A program made the position numbers and the translations under genes. A DNA stretch of 56,617 nucleotides, the filler included, from Dugesia japonica (Eukaryota), in the NCBI GenBank assembly GCA_001938525.1. It is 5 parts of 5 records of this genome, joined end to end, with 100 filler letters (N's around TTAATTAATTAA, not from the genome) between each part and the next. Parts side by side here need not be neighbours in the genome. Positions count along the whole stretch, not along the records: positions 12,458 to 20,883 come from MQRL01525792.1; positions 20,984 to 36,239 come from MQRL01618923.1; 3 more parts are not named here. One strand, written 5' to 3'. The notes under the pieces were generated by a model that ran no database searches, had not been told where the DNA came from, and saw only the letters and a list, made by a program, of their open reading frames with translations. Shown one piece after another: positions 12,938 through 26,067 of this stretch. The number at the start of each line of letters is the position of its first letter. The stretch's first letter is position 1.

Positions 12938-13219
12938 GTAATATTATCCAGAGTTGATAAGTGGAGAGCTTATTATTCTCTTGATAAAATGTAGTTATTG
13001 GAGATCGATTTGAGTAATTATAAGGTAATAAANNNNNNNNNNNNNNNNNNNNNNNNNNNNNNNNNNNNNNNNNNNNNNNNNNNNNNNNNNNNNNNTATAA
13101 TAACTAAATATATCCTAAAATATCGTATTTCATTTTAATTCAAATTAAATTAATCAAATAATATAGAAATTTAAAATAATAAAAAAAAATACTTAAAATT
13201 CTTATAAAAAAATAATCAC

Positions 13220-13436
13220 CTGTCTTTTTGTTCGCGTTTTAATTCAGTAATAAACATTTCAATTTCCTCCATAACTTCTTTAATTGAATTAACAACTAGA
13301 ATTATTGTAAATAAATAATACTAATTCTCTATTTATTTAATCTAACATTCTTCGTTTGGTTGAATATTTTCAATTCTAACTCTGAATTTATCAATTTTTG
13401 TTCTGATTTCAATAATGCGTTTTTTCAATTTATCAC
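13220..13436 (-). CDS. CCDC112: Two internal exons of a CCDC112-like coiled-coil host gene
   Basis: Exons 13436-13347 and 13295-13220 with a 51-nt GT-AG intron splice in phase to DKLKKRIIEIRTKIDKFRVRIENIQPNEEFVNSIKEVMEEIEMFITELKREQKD. This resembles the CCDC112 segment KPTPDFVEKLREMMEEIE..FKEEQ (recalled from memory). Confidence 0.7.
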
Positions 13437-13539
13437 CTCATTTAAAAATAATGTAATGAATACAAAAAAAATTAATTATTACAATCACTTAATCTAGATT
13501 TTGAACTTTGACGAAACTCTAGTAAGAACTTATTTAAAA

Positions 13540-15250
13540 AATCGTGCGAAACATTTCGACTATTACCCAAGTAACTTTCAACATTACTTTCTAGAACACG
13601 GTATCTGTTAAGAAGACTTTTAAGGAGTTAGTAGGATAATATTATTTATACCTGACGTTTAATTTATAAATATCTTTAATAATTTCTTTTGGATTTTGAC
13701 TTTCAATATTCATTTTAAAAGTGTGACAATTTCATTAGAAACAGATTATTTAAACTACATGAATGTTTAGGTTTTATTAATTTTTGAATAATTAGAAATA
13801 TAGTTTTTAATTTCTTTATTTAAATAACGGCAAACTATTTATTATAAATTTAGTAAATAAAAATTAATTAGTTATAAATAATTACGAAATTTCTATATTG
13901 TTCATAATTCATTTGAAAGTATTTATTTTTAAAAAAATACAGAGATTAAGTATGAAACATATATGTAATACCCTACAAAATAAATTTAAAGTTTTACATA
14001 AAAATTTAAATAATAAATTTAATTTTTAATTAGTATTGTTTTTAAATTACTTGTCAAGGAAAATTTGCATCAATCGAAGACCCATAAATTAGTTTGTAAA
14101 TTAAAATATTTTCTTCATTGTTATTGAAATTTTTTTAAGAATAAACTATATTAAATGGTAATGGTTTCGTAAAATTATTTTGGTAAATATTATTTCAGTA
14201 ATAAATAATTATACTCATAAATAAATTATAAGTGGATTTAGTTCTAAGGCTTTTTACTTTTTTCTCGTGAGATTTCCATAGCTTTCTCCGTTGATTTTCC
14301 TATCAATTCTGGGGGTATATCCCAAAATAGTAAATATTTGCGAAATTATTTTTGCCCTTTTCTCGAGATTTGGCGAGTCATTGCGGAAACAATTCATTTA
14401 ACAATAACTTTCTTTCTTGCCAGTAATACTTGACGATCATTTTTCTATCATAGCAGATAATATTTCACAACACACTTTCTTTTATTTCTGATCGTCTTAA
14501 ATAATAAATTGTTTTCAGTGTTTTGTAAGATTTTACAAAAAATATTTATTTCTGTTTTTGAAATTTCTAAAAATTTATCGGGGATTCCGATTCCTGTAAA
14601 AGACCTTGTCATGTGGTTTATCATCTTAGTTTTTGTAAAAGCTGTGATCACGTTCTTATTTAANGAAAANTTGCAGCTAATTTGATTCTTCCCTGATTTT
14701 CTTGTTTTCTGTAAAAGAAATCGTTAATTTTGAATATCAGAGATTTCATTATATACTGTTTTTATTTTGATCACGAGTTTTATTTTTATTTTTGTTACGT
14801 TGTCTGTTTGTCTAGATAATTTTAGGAATTATATCTTTATTTAGTATATCTACAAGTAATGACATCGTTTCTAAATTGTCTGTGTTATTGGCTATGAAAA
14901 TTTATCGTATTTATTGGTGCATCTTTCGCATAAATAATTCCTTGTGTAACTCGTTTGATCCTGAGTTTGTTATATTTGATTGTAGATATTTGAGAATTTG
15001 CTTGAACTATCTGAATAAATCCCATTTATTTATTGTGCTTATTAAAACATTTTACAATTTTTGGAATGCTTTCTCATCTTTTACGAGTAAATCACTTTGA
15101 TTTGAGATTTTACTAATGTTATTAGGATTTGTGAAAATAAAGTTCTAATTTGTTAATTTTTCGAACTCTAAAAACCTTTGTGGGGTACTATTTTCGACAT
15201 TGAAATAATTTGTAATGTTTATTTTTAAAATTGTTATTGAAATTTAGTTC
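13540..15250 (-). mobile_element. Degenerate Penelope-like element remnant without a visible RT core
   Basis: Broken frames resemble PLE N-terminal motifs (ILNK..; ..RIKLAA) and post-RT motifs (RNDSPNLEKRA..FTILGYTP..). A hammerhead-like remnant lies at the 3' side (13548-13581). Confidence 0.45.
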
Positions 15251-15729
15251 AGATCAACAATATATTTTCCATGACATTCATTTTTAATTGATTACATTTT
15301 CTACTATTTCCCTGTCTATTTTCTTCATTATATTTTTATGCCTGCAACTAATGAGTAAACTGAAAGATATCTCTTAGTGTTCTCAATCAATAAACATCAT
15401 TGAAGTTTTATAGCTTATAATAGCTATTCTTAAAGCTCAACAATGGAAAAAGCATTTTAAGTTTTAATTGTTTTTAATTTATTTGTTACGTTTTTATTTG
15501 GACACAAATTTATGCTGCAAAACTTGTAGTTCGATTGATTTTTATTGTCTGATTTCTTGTCCTCTTTAAATTAAGTTAAGGTAATACTGCTTGTATTATA
15601 TATCTCTGTACTATTTACTTATTATTCATTATAAAACTATTCAATATATATTGGGAGAAATTATTGTCCCCAAGAGTATCAAAATAAAAAAAATCCGGTT
15701 GTTGGAAAATTTGATGTTAGTGTTATATA

Positions 15730-16734
15730 CAGGGTGTTCCAATTTAAGGTTACATTTTAAATTTTCAATAAAAGAAGCTAAATGTATGAAATGTAGTAAT
15801 ATATTTATTTACAATGATAGTACATATATTTCGGTTTAACAATGAAAAATAATACCATGCAAGTAACCTTCTGCTGAAACCACATGTTCTGGGTATTCAT
15901 ACCTTTAAATTTATGAAACAAAAAATTTCCAATCATATTTCGATATCGAGTTCCGGTAACTGTTACAGAATTTCCCGCTTCATTCTCAAAAAATAAGGAC
16001 CGATAACACCACTGGCCCAAAAACCACACCAAAAAATTACCTTTGGTGAATGGAATTGTTTTTGTTGTATTTCATGTGGGTTGTCATTGCCCCAAATTCT
16101 ACAATTCTGTGTGTTCACAAATCCTTCTATTTCAAAATATGCTTCGTCGCTAAAGATCACTTTTTTGACAAATGTTTCATTTTCATGCATATTTTCAATG
16201 GCCCATTAACTACATTTATGGCGTATTTCGAAGTCTGCGGGCTTTAATTGTTGAGTTATTTGAATCTTGAATGCCTTCAAATGAAGATCCTCATACCAAA
16301 TTCTAAATAACGTCGTTCTTGGAATGGATAGTTGTTGTAAATGACGACGGATTGAGGTTTTTGATATCTCACTCACACTACAGCTTACAGCTGCAATATT
16401 TGTTTCTGAGCGACCACTTTTATGATATTCTTGGCGTCGTTCATCTTTTATCNNNNNNNNNNNNNNNNNNNNNNNNNNNNNNNNNNNNNNNNNNNNNNNN
16501 NNNNNNNNNNNNNNNNNNNCATATTCAGACTTAAATTTTCTGCGAACTTCGGCATAACTTTCGCCGTATTTAAAATAATTTTTTACAATAAATACTCTTT
16601 GTTCAATGGTATAACGAATTAGTTTTAAAAACCTCATGAATTACTATTGCTCATTCAACAATTATTGATGTAATAAAAAAAACAGAAATAAATAGAACTA
16701 AATTTAAAATGAAACCTTAAATTTGAACACCCTG
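15730..16734 (-). mobile_element. Tc1/mariner element of rosa (DD41D-like) type, internally deleted
   Basis: TIRs CAGGGTGTTC(C/A)AATTTAAGGTT with TA on both flanks; motifs FSDEAYF, VNTQNCRIWG, HSPKV..WCG..VIGPYF, WFQQ; the third catalytic D region is missing. Confidence 0.9.
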
Positions 16735-19264
16735 TATATGTGTGTGTTTTATAAAATATACCAAATGAATATAAATAAAAATAAACATATAAAAACTAAA
16801 TTCTATTCCAAAAATTAAAAGTAAATTATTTTTATAATAAACGCTCATTTTTCGATAAATATTCAAAATATTTTCTTTTGGTAAATATTTAAACTTTCGA
16901 TATTTTCTGATTCAGTTTCTAGTAATTTTTTCGACTAATTTTAAACTTACAAATGTTGTTGTTTTCTAGAAATAGCCTCTAAAGTTTTATTTGATTTTTT
17001 ATTTAAAATTTTAATTTGTGTGTACAATGATGCTGCTTTATTATTTATTATACATAATCAAAATTATTACGATAATAAAATCAAAAATTACATGTATAGC
17101 GAGGTTTGTGTATTAGCAATTCGTCTAATAGCAATAATTGCTTTATAGCTAGGCTTTGCCATTAACCAACAATAAATTCATTAAAATCCTACAAACGAAT
17201 GGCCAAATAGTATATTGCTTAATAGTAATATTTGTTTAATAGCAAGTCCGTTTACATCACTAACGAAAAATTTATTTTATTTTGATGATCGGGAGCATGA
17301 AATTATATAATTAAAAATTTGATTAATTAAAAGTATTGTTTGTTTCAATAAAGATAAGTTAAGTTAATGTAGAATAAATAATTACTAAAAATAGTAATAA
17401 ATTAAATATTAATAAATAATCATTAAAATAATTTATTAAAATAAAAAAAATTTTCTTAAGTTTTTTTTTGAATTGTTTTAAGTAATTGTAAGTTTGCTCA
17501 AATAGTAACGTGGTATAGTTTAAATGAATATATAAGTAAACGCAAGATTGAACATCTTGCACAGATTTAATAATTTTTAAAGGTAAAAGAATTATTGATT
17601 TTTACTGGCACAAATTTAATAATTTTTTAAGATCATTTGTTCAGTTCCAAATTTATTTTGGAAATTAAATCGCAAATCGAAATTTGCAATTATTAATTGG
17701 AAAATTTACTACGGGAATTATTATTTGTTACAATAAGTAATTTTTTTAAAGAATTTTAAATTTAAAAATTGAGTTAGTAAAACTGGGATGGTACTATATT
17801 TTAATAATCATAATTGATAATTTATTAGCCCGTAAAGGACTAGTTTTTATTTTTTCAAGTGTTAATTAAATTCAAAGTTTTAGTTGAAAAAATTATTGTA
17901 AGTTTGTTATAAACTAGCGTAATATTTTTATAATACAATTTTGTCGATATTATTTTTAATAGTAAGTTACTGATAAGAATAAAAAGTTATTAATAATTAC
18001 ACTGAAGGATACTGTTGAACAACATTTTTAGCAGGTATCCTATATTTCCTAAAATCAATTTTAAAATTAACGAGACCCATAAATCTCATTTCTTGTTTCC
18101 ATTGCACAAAGGCGTTGTGTTGCAATTTGTTACTGCCTCCGTGAGTATATTCTTTATGTCAATAGATATTACTGAGTTCGTTAATAAATTATATAGGAAA
18201 GAGTTGCTCGGAAAGGGGTTTCCCTAAAGTTTTACCTACACGCCTATAAATTAATTTTGAGTCAAATAATTATTTGTTAGGTACCTGAGCCTACTAGGAT
18301 CTAACACAAGGATTAGCAAAATTTAAGTTTTTAACTTAGATTCCTCGAGATTATAACCTTTAAAATAAAATATATAAATGTTTTAAATGTATTTTATATA
18401 TTATAATTCTGGAATTTGTAATGTCTTACTTTTGACAATAGCTTAAATTTTGTTTTAATAAATTATTGTATTTATATTTGCTTACAGAATTTGAATTCTC
18501 CATAATTTGGCTACATTTTTATTAATAAAAGATTATTTTATTGCTGTGTTTGTTTTGGTTTGATATTATTAAATTATATATTCGAAGATAACGATTTTGA
18601 TATAATTCTATTTAAATAGCTGTTATTTCAGAATTTATTGTTTACGTATAAATTAATAGGGACATAACATAAAAAGATGGTCTACGGAATATCCCTTTAA
18701 TGTATATAAAACCCCTTTTTTAACTTGATTTAACAAACTACTCAACAGAAAATATTTCCGGTTCAATATACATTTAGAATATATTTAATATATCTATCTT
18801 TATTTCTGTAGTATTGNTAGATGTTGCGTTACACTTGATTATTTAAATTCTTCAAATTTGTATTGTGGTAATGGTCAGAATTGGAGCAGATATAGTGTTA
18901 TCTAATAAACCATTATTATTATTACTAATATTTATATTTTAATTTATATTTTAAAAATTTATTATTTTTAGAACAGATCATTTATTTATAAATGTTTAGT
19001 TATTTTAATCACATTTAAATATTTTAAGTTATCATTTTTGTATTTTATTTACTCCAAAATGTTTCCAAATTTTAAAAGTACATATGAAATTTAATTTCCT
19101 GATATAAAACCAACTGAAAACTTATTATAAATTTTATTATATTTCATGGCATAGCGGTTAAGGAAATTTTTTTTATAAATTATAACTAATTAAATCAAAC
19201 AAGGACTGTTTTAATATATAAAATAAATAATTCTGATATGAGTTTTTTTTAAATCACATTTTTC

Positions 19265-19877
19265 ATGACTTCTATCAATTTTATTGACGAAGAAGAATGT
19301 CCTAAGCATTCTGATTCACTCAATATTCCTGATTTTAGGGAGTAAGAATTTTTTAATCTTTAAATATAACTTGAAAATATTTTTAAAGTATCTATCATGG
19401 CTGTATGTCCAGAGAAGTTTCAGTTAAAACTTTAAAAGCTAGTGGTGAAAATAATTGTTATCTAGTTCGAAAACGAATTAATGCTGACGAAGATGAACAT
19501 TGTGTTGAATATATATTGTCATTTCTTAATGATGATGAAGATTATCATTTTAAGTATGTTTTATTTTTAAAAATAAATCAACTTTTAAGATGTATTTTTT
19601 TAGAATTAAAAAAGATAATAAGTATTTTATATTTGCTAATCGGTATTTCCCTAGTTTCAAATGCGTTATTTCGCATTACATGTTATCCAATATAATTAAT
19701 GATGCTCATTTAGAGTTTGGTGTTGTAAATGTAATTATTTGTTATTTTTTTAGTTATTCATAAATTAATATATTTCATAGAAAACTATAACAGCTATTCG
19801 GGAATCTTTACGAGGATTTTCATGTTATTTAGTTGATAATATTTCCAATGAAAGAATTATAGAATTACTTCATAAAT
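19265..19877 (+). CDS. Host gene exons encoding an SH2 domain (RASA1/p120GAP-like SH2)
   Basis: Exons 19265-19341, 19389-19553, 19604-19730 and 19781-~19877 with 47-50-nt GT-AG introns splice in phase to IYHGCMSRE..CYLVRKR..YILSFL..YHFKIKKDNKYFIFANRYFPSFKCVISHYM..HLEFGV. Confidence 0.85.
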
Positions 19878-21233
19878 GTAAATATAAATATTTCTATAAG
19901 TTAATTACATAAATAATTTTATAAATAAATATTCTAATAAATATTATAATCTATTCTTATCATCATGTTGATTTTCAATACCATTTTTATTTATAGAATG
20001 ATAAACACCTTTAAAATACAAGTAAAAACGGATCATTTTTGATTGAAAATTCAAAAATATAATTTCGTTGTATAATATTGTAAAATTAAATATTTTGTAT
20101 AGAATAATTTAACTTACACATAAAATTTACTTTTAATTGATTCTATATTGTATCCTTAAGTATACCTGAAATCCATGAAATTAATTTATAGTCTGAAAAC
20201 TTATTCTTTATTAAATAAATTAATTATGATATCCATAAAAATATTGATTTTTTAAATTTAAATTTTTATTGATTTTATTTTAAATTAAAATAAATCAATT
20301 TATATATTTATTTATCTATGAAATTATTATCTACGAATTTTTTAATTTATTTTTTGGATTAAAAAACATTTATCAAATAAACAAGCTTTATCATTAGATT
20401 TCCTAATAGAAATCTAAATTTAGAATAAAATAAATATTTCTAAAACAAATGAAAGACAAATAAAGAAGAATTCAAATCATTTTATGATGGAATTTTTTTG
20501 CGATTGTAATTATGTTTTAGTGAAAATAATCTGGTTGTTTTATTACGTATTCTTATTTGGATAATTGGTTCCAAAACGTGCGCTGTCGAAAATTTCCAAT
20601 AATACTCATTTTCTATGAAAGCAGCAATTCCAAAGGACGAATAAAAATCTATTGAATTATGTTCGCAATCAATAAATTAAACATTTTCGTAATAATAGAC
20701 GAATATTTTGANNNNNNNNNNNNNNNTGATTTTATTACTACTTCAAAACAATACTTTCTGTTCTAGATTATCTCTAGTTTTTTTGTTTCTCAATTTATCT
20801 GACTCGGTCAAATGTTGTAAACTTTGAATTAACGAATAAATTGTTTCAATAAATTAAAAAGCTTAGATCAAAATGTTTTTTTTNNNNNNNNNNNNNNNNN
20901 NNNNNNNNNNNNNNNNNNNNNNNNNNNTTAATTAATTAANNNNNNNNNNNNNNNNNNNNNNNNNNNNNNNNNNNNNNNNNNNNGCTTCCATTTCCTAAAA
21001 TTAAATTCATTAATTCTTCAGAATAAGGTATTACTTTTTTATTATTTTCAAAGTATTTCTTTCCATCTTTTTCAAATAGTATTATTGTAGGACCTTTACC
21101 AGGATAAATTATTGTTTGAAATTCTTTATTATGAAATTCATATTCATAAATATCTTGTAATTTAATTTTAAGTTTCATTGATTCAGATAAAATTGAATTT
21201 AAAGAAGTGTTTCTAAAGAATGGTTTTCTTTTC

Positions 21234-21830
21234 TCAAAAAGATTTTTTTACACTTTCAATTGCTTTAATAGTAGGAAGTTGTTGAGTAGTTAAAGTATCT
21301 TGTAAAGTTTTCGATTCAATTACTCCTGTAGTAAATAAATTAACATAATTTTCTTGAGTTTTAATTAATTCTTTCAAAAGTTTTATTCTTTCTGTTATTT
21401 GTTCACTATCCATTTTATTAAAATTTTTAAATGAATTATCAGGAGAATTATCATAAGGTTTTAAATATAAACCATCACCTTTTATTTTAACTTGCACTCC
21501 TTTCTTAGCGTTTTTAGTAATAATCTTTAATTGTGGATTAGGCAAATTATTCTTAAAATATTTATGAATTGCACTTCCTTGATAAGGTTTTAAGTAAAGT
21601 CCACTTCCTTCTTTCTTTGAAGCAATATCTTTATCTAATAATTCAATTTCTTTTTGTTTTTTTATTTTCCCAGAGCTTGTGCTTGAGCAGATCTTGAATT
21701 ACTAACTGTACTAGCAATTACACTCGAAATTCCAGCTGTAGAAGCTAAACCAGCTATAATTGGTGGTATTGCAGCTAGAAAAGCAAATTCTCCACTTTTG
21801 TTTGACCTTCGAGATCTTTGTGTTCTTTAC
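21234..21830 (-). pseudogene. Polinton small virion/membrane-active-type protein with repeated G(S/D)GLYLKPY motif
   Basis: GEFAFLAAIPPIIAGLASTAGISSVIASTV..., then EGSGLYLKPY and KGDGLYLKPY; frameshifted. Confidence 0.55.
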
Positions 21831-22137
21831 TCATTTTCTTTTTTAGTTCCTCTTTAAGCTTTTTCAATCCAATAGTTTTACTATTAATTTTTACAGATTT
21901 AGATTTATTTGAATTTACTAAATCAATTAAATCTTATTCTGAAGAATAAGTTGATTTAAAAGTGATTTAATAATAAGTTAACTTCTTAAATTATTTTTAA
22001 ATCACTTTTAATCCCATCCTCTCAATTTAAAGTTGAATAAAAAGAGATTTAAGAGGTGGGAGGATTAAAAAAGAGGTGAGGTGATTTTTTAAAATTGAAA
22101 CATGTTTCAATATTCAAATCCCTGAGGGCGCCATAAA

Positions 22138-22896
22138 TTATTCAAATAAATTATCAATTAATTCATCAGCTTCTCTGTCTAAATAGAAATAATTATATTT
22201 AGTTTTCAAATGTAAATTAACTTCATAATCATATTCCATTTTACTAGAAAAAATGTTACTAAATAAATCATAATAAACATTATCTTTANNNGTTTTGTTT
22301 AATTTAAAAAATATAAAACAATTGGAATTATTTCTAATATAGTTTTTATCTAAATGAAAATAAGTTTGTGAAATATAAATTACATTACAATGTACATGTC
22401 TACCTGTACTAAAATAACTTTTTTGTTCTTCTTGATTTTTTTCATTGACAACATCATCAAAAACTATTAAATTCTTTTTGTCTTTTGATAAATTATCACA
22501 AGGAATGATTTCATTCGCTTTATTACTTAAAATTACATTAATCTTTTTTGTTGAATACTTTTTAAAGGAAGCTCTTTGGGTAAACCATTGAATTACTTCT
22601 AATGGAAATATTAAAGAATCTGGAATTATATTTTGATTTTCAAAAGTAAAAATGATATCTTCTTTTGTTANTCCATTTTCAAAACCATGATATAATAATT
22701 GTAGTTCAAATTGATTTATAGTTGTAGAATAAATTATTAAATTTTCATATTCTAAAAACCCTGGAGTTAATAACATTTTCATTAATAAAACATTTTTACT
22801 AAATCCTGAAGATTCAATTATTAATAATCTAAAGTTAGATGGAAAGATTTTTTTATTAAAAATGTTTTTGTTTTTATTCCATATTAGTGAAGACAT
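22138..22896 (-). pseudogene. Polinton A32/FtsK-like packaging ATPase
   Basis: FRLLIIESSGFSK (decayed Walker A), LIVFDD (Walker B), GRH, ISQTYF..IRNNSN. Confidence 0.9.
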
Positions 22897-22929
22897 TTTA
22901 ATTTAGTAAAATTTATAAATCTGTTTTCT

Positions 22930-23350
22930 AAAGTTCATTATCATAAAATCTACCCAAGATCTTTTCGTTTTCTAAATCACTAATTCCATAAGTAAAAGGT
23001 TTTGTATTATAAACTCGAGTAACAATAAATTTTTCATTTGTCTATTTAGCTGTAAAACCTTTTTTAATTTTATTTTTATATTTAAAGATTCTAACTCTAT
23101 CTCCAATTTTAAATTTTTGTTTAAAGGATATTGAATGGGACTCTTTAGCATCATTTTCATAGTTATGATCTTCAATTATTTCTTTAATGGTTTCAGGGTT
23201 TTCACTAGCTTCTTTTGGTGTTGATTTAATAGAACTATGAAAAATTAAATCTGCAGACCAAGTTTCATCAATTTCATTAACAATAACTTTTAAGAAATGT
23301 TTTGGTTTTCTATATTTTTTATGTAATTCTTCTGCTAAAATTTTGTTATT
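22930..23350 (-). pseudogene. Polinton retroviral-type integrase with the catalytic core deleted
   Basis: ILAEELHK..IDETWSADL is joined in frame to HSSIKSTP..KFKIGDRVRI..KGFT. Confidence 0.8.
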
Positions 23351-23389
23351 ATCATTATTTTTATTTGAATTTGTGAGAAAAGTATTCGC

Positions 23390-23720
23390 TTCGCTCAGAC
23401 TTATTCCACTACCAATAATTATTTTACCTTTCATTGCAAATTTTACCATTTTAGATTAGGAATATTATTCAAATCATGAATAAAATTAACATCAGCTAAA
23501 TGTCTTTCTCTTAAATTTTTATTTTTATAGGATAAATCATGTTTTAAAGCCGCTTCATCTACTCTATTAATTGATTCTACTCCAGGTTTTAGATTATCTT
23601 CAGAATTTAATCTGAAATCTAATTTTGTTCCATGTCCAGTGTAATTATGTTTAAATAAATGTCTTTCTCCTGGATACTTTTCCCAAGTAAATGGTTTTAA
23701 ATTGCTGAAGTTAATTTAAA
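23390..23720 (-). pseudogene. PLA2X (parvovirus-like phospholipase A2 domain), missed by the ORF track
   Basis: Manual translation: PGERHLFKHNYTGHGTKLDFRL..INRVDEAALKHDLSY..RHLAD, i.e. a YxGxG-type Ca loop plus HDxxY. Confidence 0.85.
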
Positions 23721-23881
23721 AGATTGAAGGTCTCCACCTTGCTTTAAACAAATACGTAAATGTCTAGCTTTATTTTTTCTAAGTAAGATTTTGTTACAAT
23801 TTTTACAAATATATGGGACCCTTTGGGTTTTATTATCTATTTGTTTTATTTTTAACTTGAAATATTAAAGTGGCTGATGCA

Positions 23882-25249
23882 TCAGCCAACTTCATTTAAA
23901 TTTTCTCTTCGCATATTTTTAATCATTACCATTTTACAATTTTCTAATTTCATTTGGATATGTTTTTCTTCTAAAATACACCAGTACAAACCCCCTTTAA
24001 ATTCAGAATCTTTAGTCAAATGTAAAGTTATATCTACAGTATTAATATTTAATTTATCGTCTTGGGAACTTACATCAAAACAAAAGATTGGATATAAATC
24101 ACCAAACTCTTGTAATGATAACTGAGGTTCATTGAAAAAGCCTTTACAACATTTAATATAATTTAAATAAGGAAAAATCACATCATTGTCTTTAATATTA
24201 AATTTACATTCATTTATTGGATAATATGTTTTGCTTAATTGAATTTGAATGCTTTTAAGATTAGGATAAGTAATTTCTTCTTTTTCTTCAGTTCCTTCTT
24301 TTTTCTTTACAGTTTTTGATGTTCTTTGAATAAATAAATTATTATTCTTTTGATATGAAATTTCTGAATCTTTTATTACAATAAATATATATCTTGNTTT
24401 ATAAACTAAATTACTCAATTTAAGTGAATAACTATTTCCAGAATCTAAAGTTGTACTTGAACTAATTCTATTTAAAAATGAAACTTGAATAGATTTATTT
24501 GTATAAATTCTTTCTAAAAGATTTATTTCAATTTTTGGTAATAATCTACATTCTGGGATATGAAATTCTGGAGTCATTAATTTTAAAGTTGCTGTTTTAT
24601 CTTTATCCCCATAAAATAATAATTCATTACTTATTTGAAGATTAAATATAAATTCTATCTTTATATTATATAATAATCTATTATAACATTGCATAAATCC
24701 AAATAAATGTTTTAATGGGAAATAACCAACGAATTTTTTTTTGGATTATAAAGTTTCTTTCTTTAATAAAAACCTTTTTTCCTTCCCAAGTAACATCTAA
24801 ATTCATTTTATTTGTATCTGGAATCCATCCAAATGAATCACCAGAAATATTTTTATGGGTTGAACTAGTTGTTATAAAATTTAACATTGTTGATATTATT
24901 CCAGGATCATGAATTATTTCTACATCTGAAGATCCTACAGTTAATCTCATTGATTTAAATAAACTTGGAAACCAATTATTTTCCGAAGTTATTTTATCAT
25001 CTGTTATTTATCAAGTTATTTTATTATCTCTATTATATAATATAAGAACGAATTAGAAATGTCTAATGGATTTGAAGATTGTAAAGATTGAAAAACTATA
25101 TCTCCAGAAGACATTAAATTATTAATTGAACCCAAAGAAAGAGAAATTCTTAAAACATCGTTTTTATAAAATAAATGTTGAAAATTAATATTATTATCAA
25201 GATTTATTTTATTGTGTAACTCCATTTTTCTTAGATAAAAAATAATCAT
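23882..25249 (-). pseudogene. Polinton double-jelly-roll major capsid protein (frameshifted)
   Basis: LDISNSFLY; NNWFPSLFKSMRL; DPGIISTM; FGWIPD; FPLKHLFGF; RYIFIV; LYPIFCFDVS. Confidence 0.85.
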
Positions 25250-26067
25250 TTTGGTAAATCTTTCTCATCATTAAAAACTTTAGTTCATAAAGTTAAATCA
25301 TATCTTGTTTCAAAATTATTAGATTGATAATAATTAAAACACTCTTCTAATTTATTATACGTTTCATTAAAATCATTTTGATCTCGGTCTTGGACTATTT
25401 TCCATCGATTATAACGACCTGGATTTTTTGTTGCTATCAATTCATCATACGCATAACCAGTTTATTTATTAGTTCTGTTTAATTTTTCTGCTTTAATATT
25501 ATATTCTTCAATATTTTTACTTACTAATGATTCATAGTGTTCTTTACCAAGAATCATTAATGGCATCTTTTTATATTATTAATTATAAATTATATTTTTA
25601 TAAAAATTTTACTTGCAAAACACTTGTAAATGAATTTTATTTGTAATCATGTTTTTATTTCCATTTGTATTATCATTTATATTTTTACTTACAGTTCTAA
25701 TTTTAGGTTTAGTAGTTTTGTGTGTTGTGTTTCTATTTATGTTTATGTTTTTGTTTATATTTAAATTTTTATTAACCATGTTTTATTTTTTTATTCTATT
25801 TAAATATTATATTTTTTATTGTTTCTAATTTTTTCTTTTGTTGTTTCTAATTCTAGTTTTAATTCATTTTTCAATTGTGTTAGCTCTTTAATTTTTATTG
25901 ATGCTAAACTAAGGGCTTGTTTAAATATTCTAAACCTTGGATAAACTCTAAATCTTTTTTAACCTCTTTAATTAACTCTTCCATTTTTCTAATAATAAAA
26001 TCAGAAGATTCAAAACTCCAAATCAAAGCCCAAAAACTTCAAATACAATTAATCGAACCCAAAAGAC

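Larger units (their letters stand above)
20984..26060 (-). mobile_element. Polinton/Maverick (adintovirus-like) remnant 1
   Basis: Co-oriented decayed genes: DJR major capsid, PLA2X, integrase, A32/FtsK ATPase, amphipathic virion-type protein. No pPolB seen. Confidence 0.9.

Noticed and set aside
16870-17045. Possible upstream CCDC112-like exons
   Set aside because: No phase-consistent model with plausible intron lengths could be built by eye.
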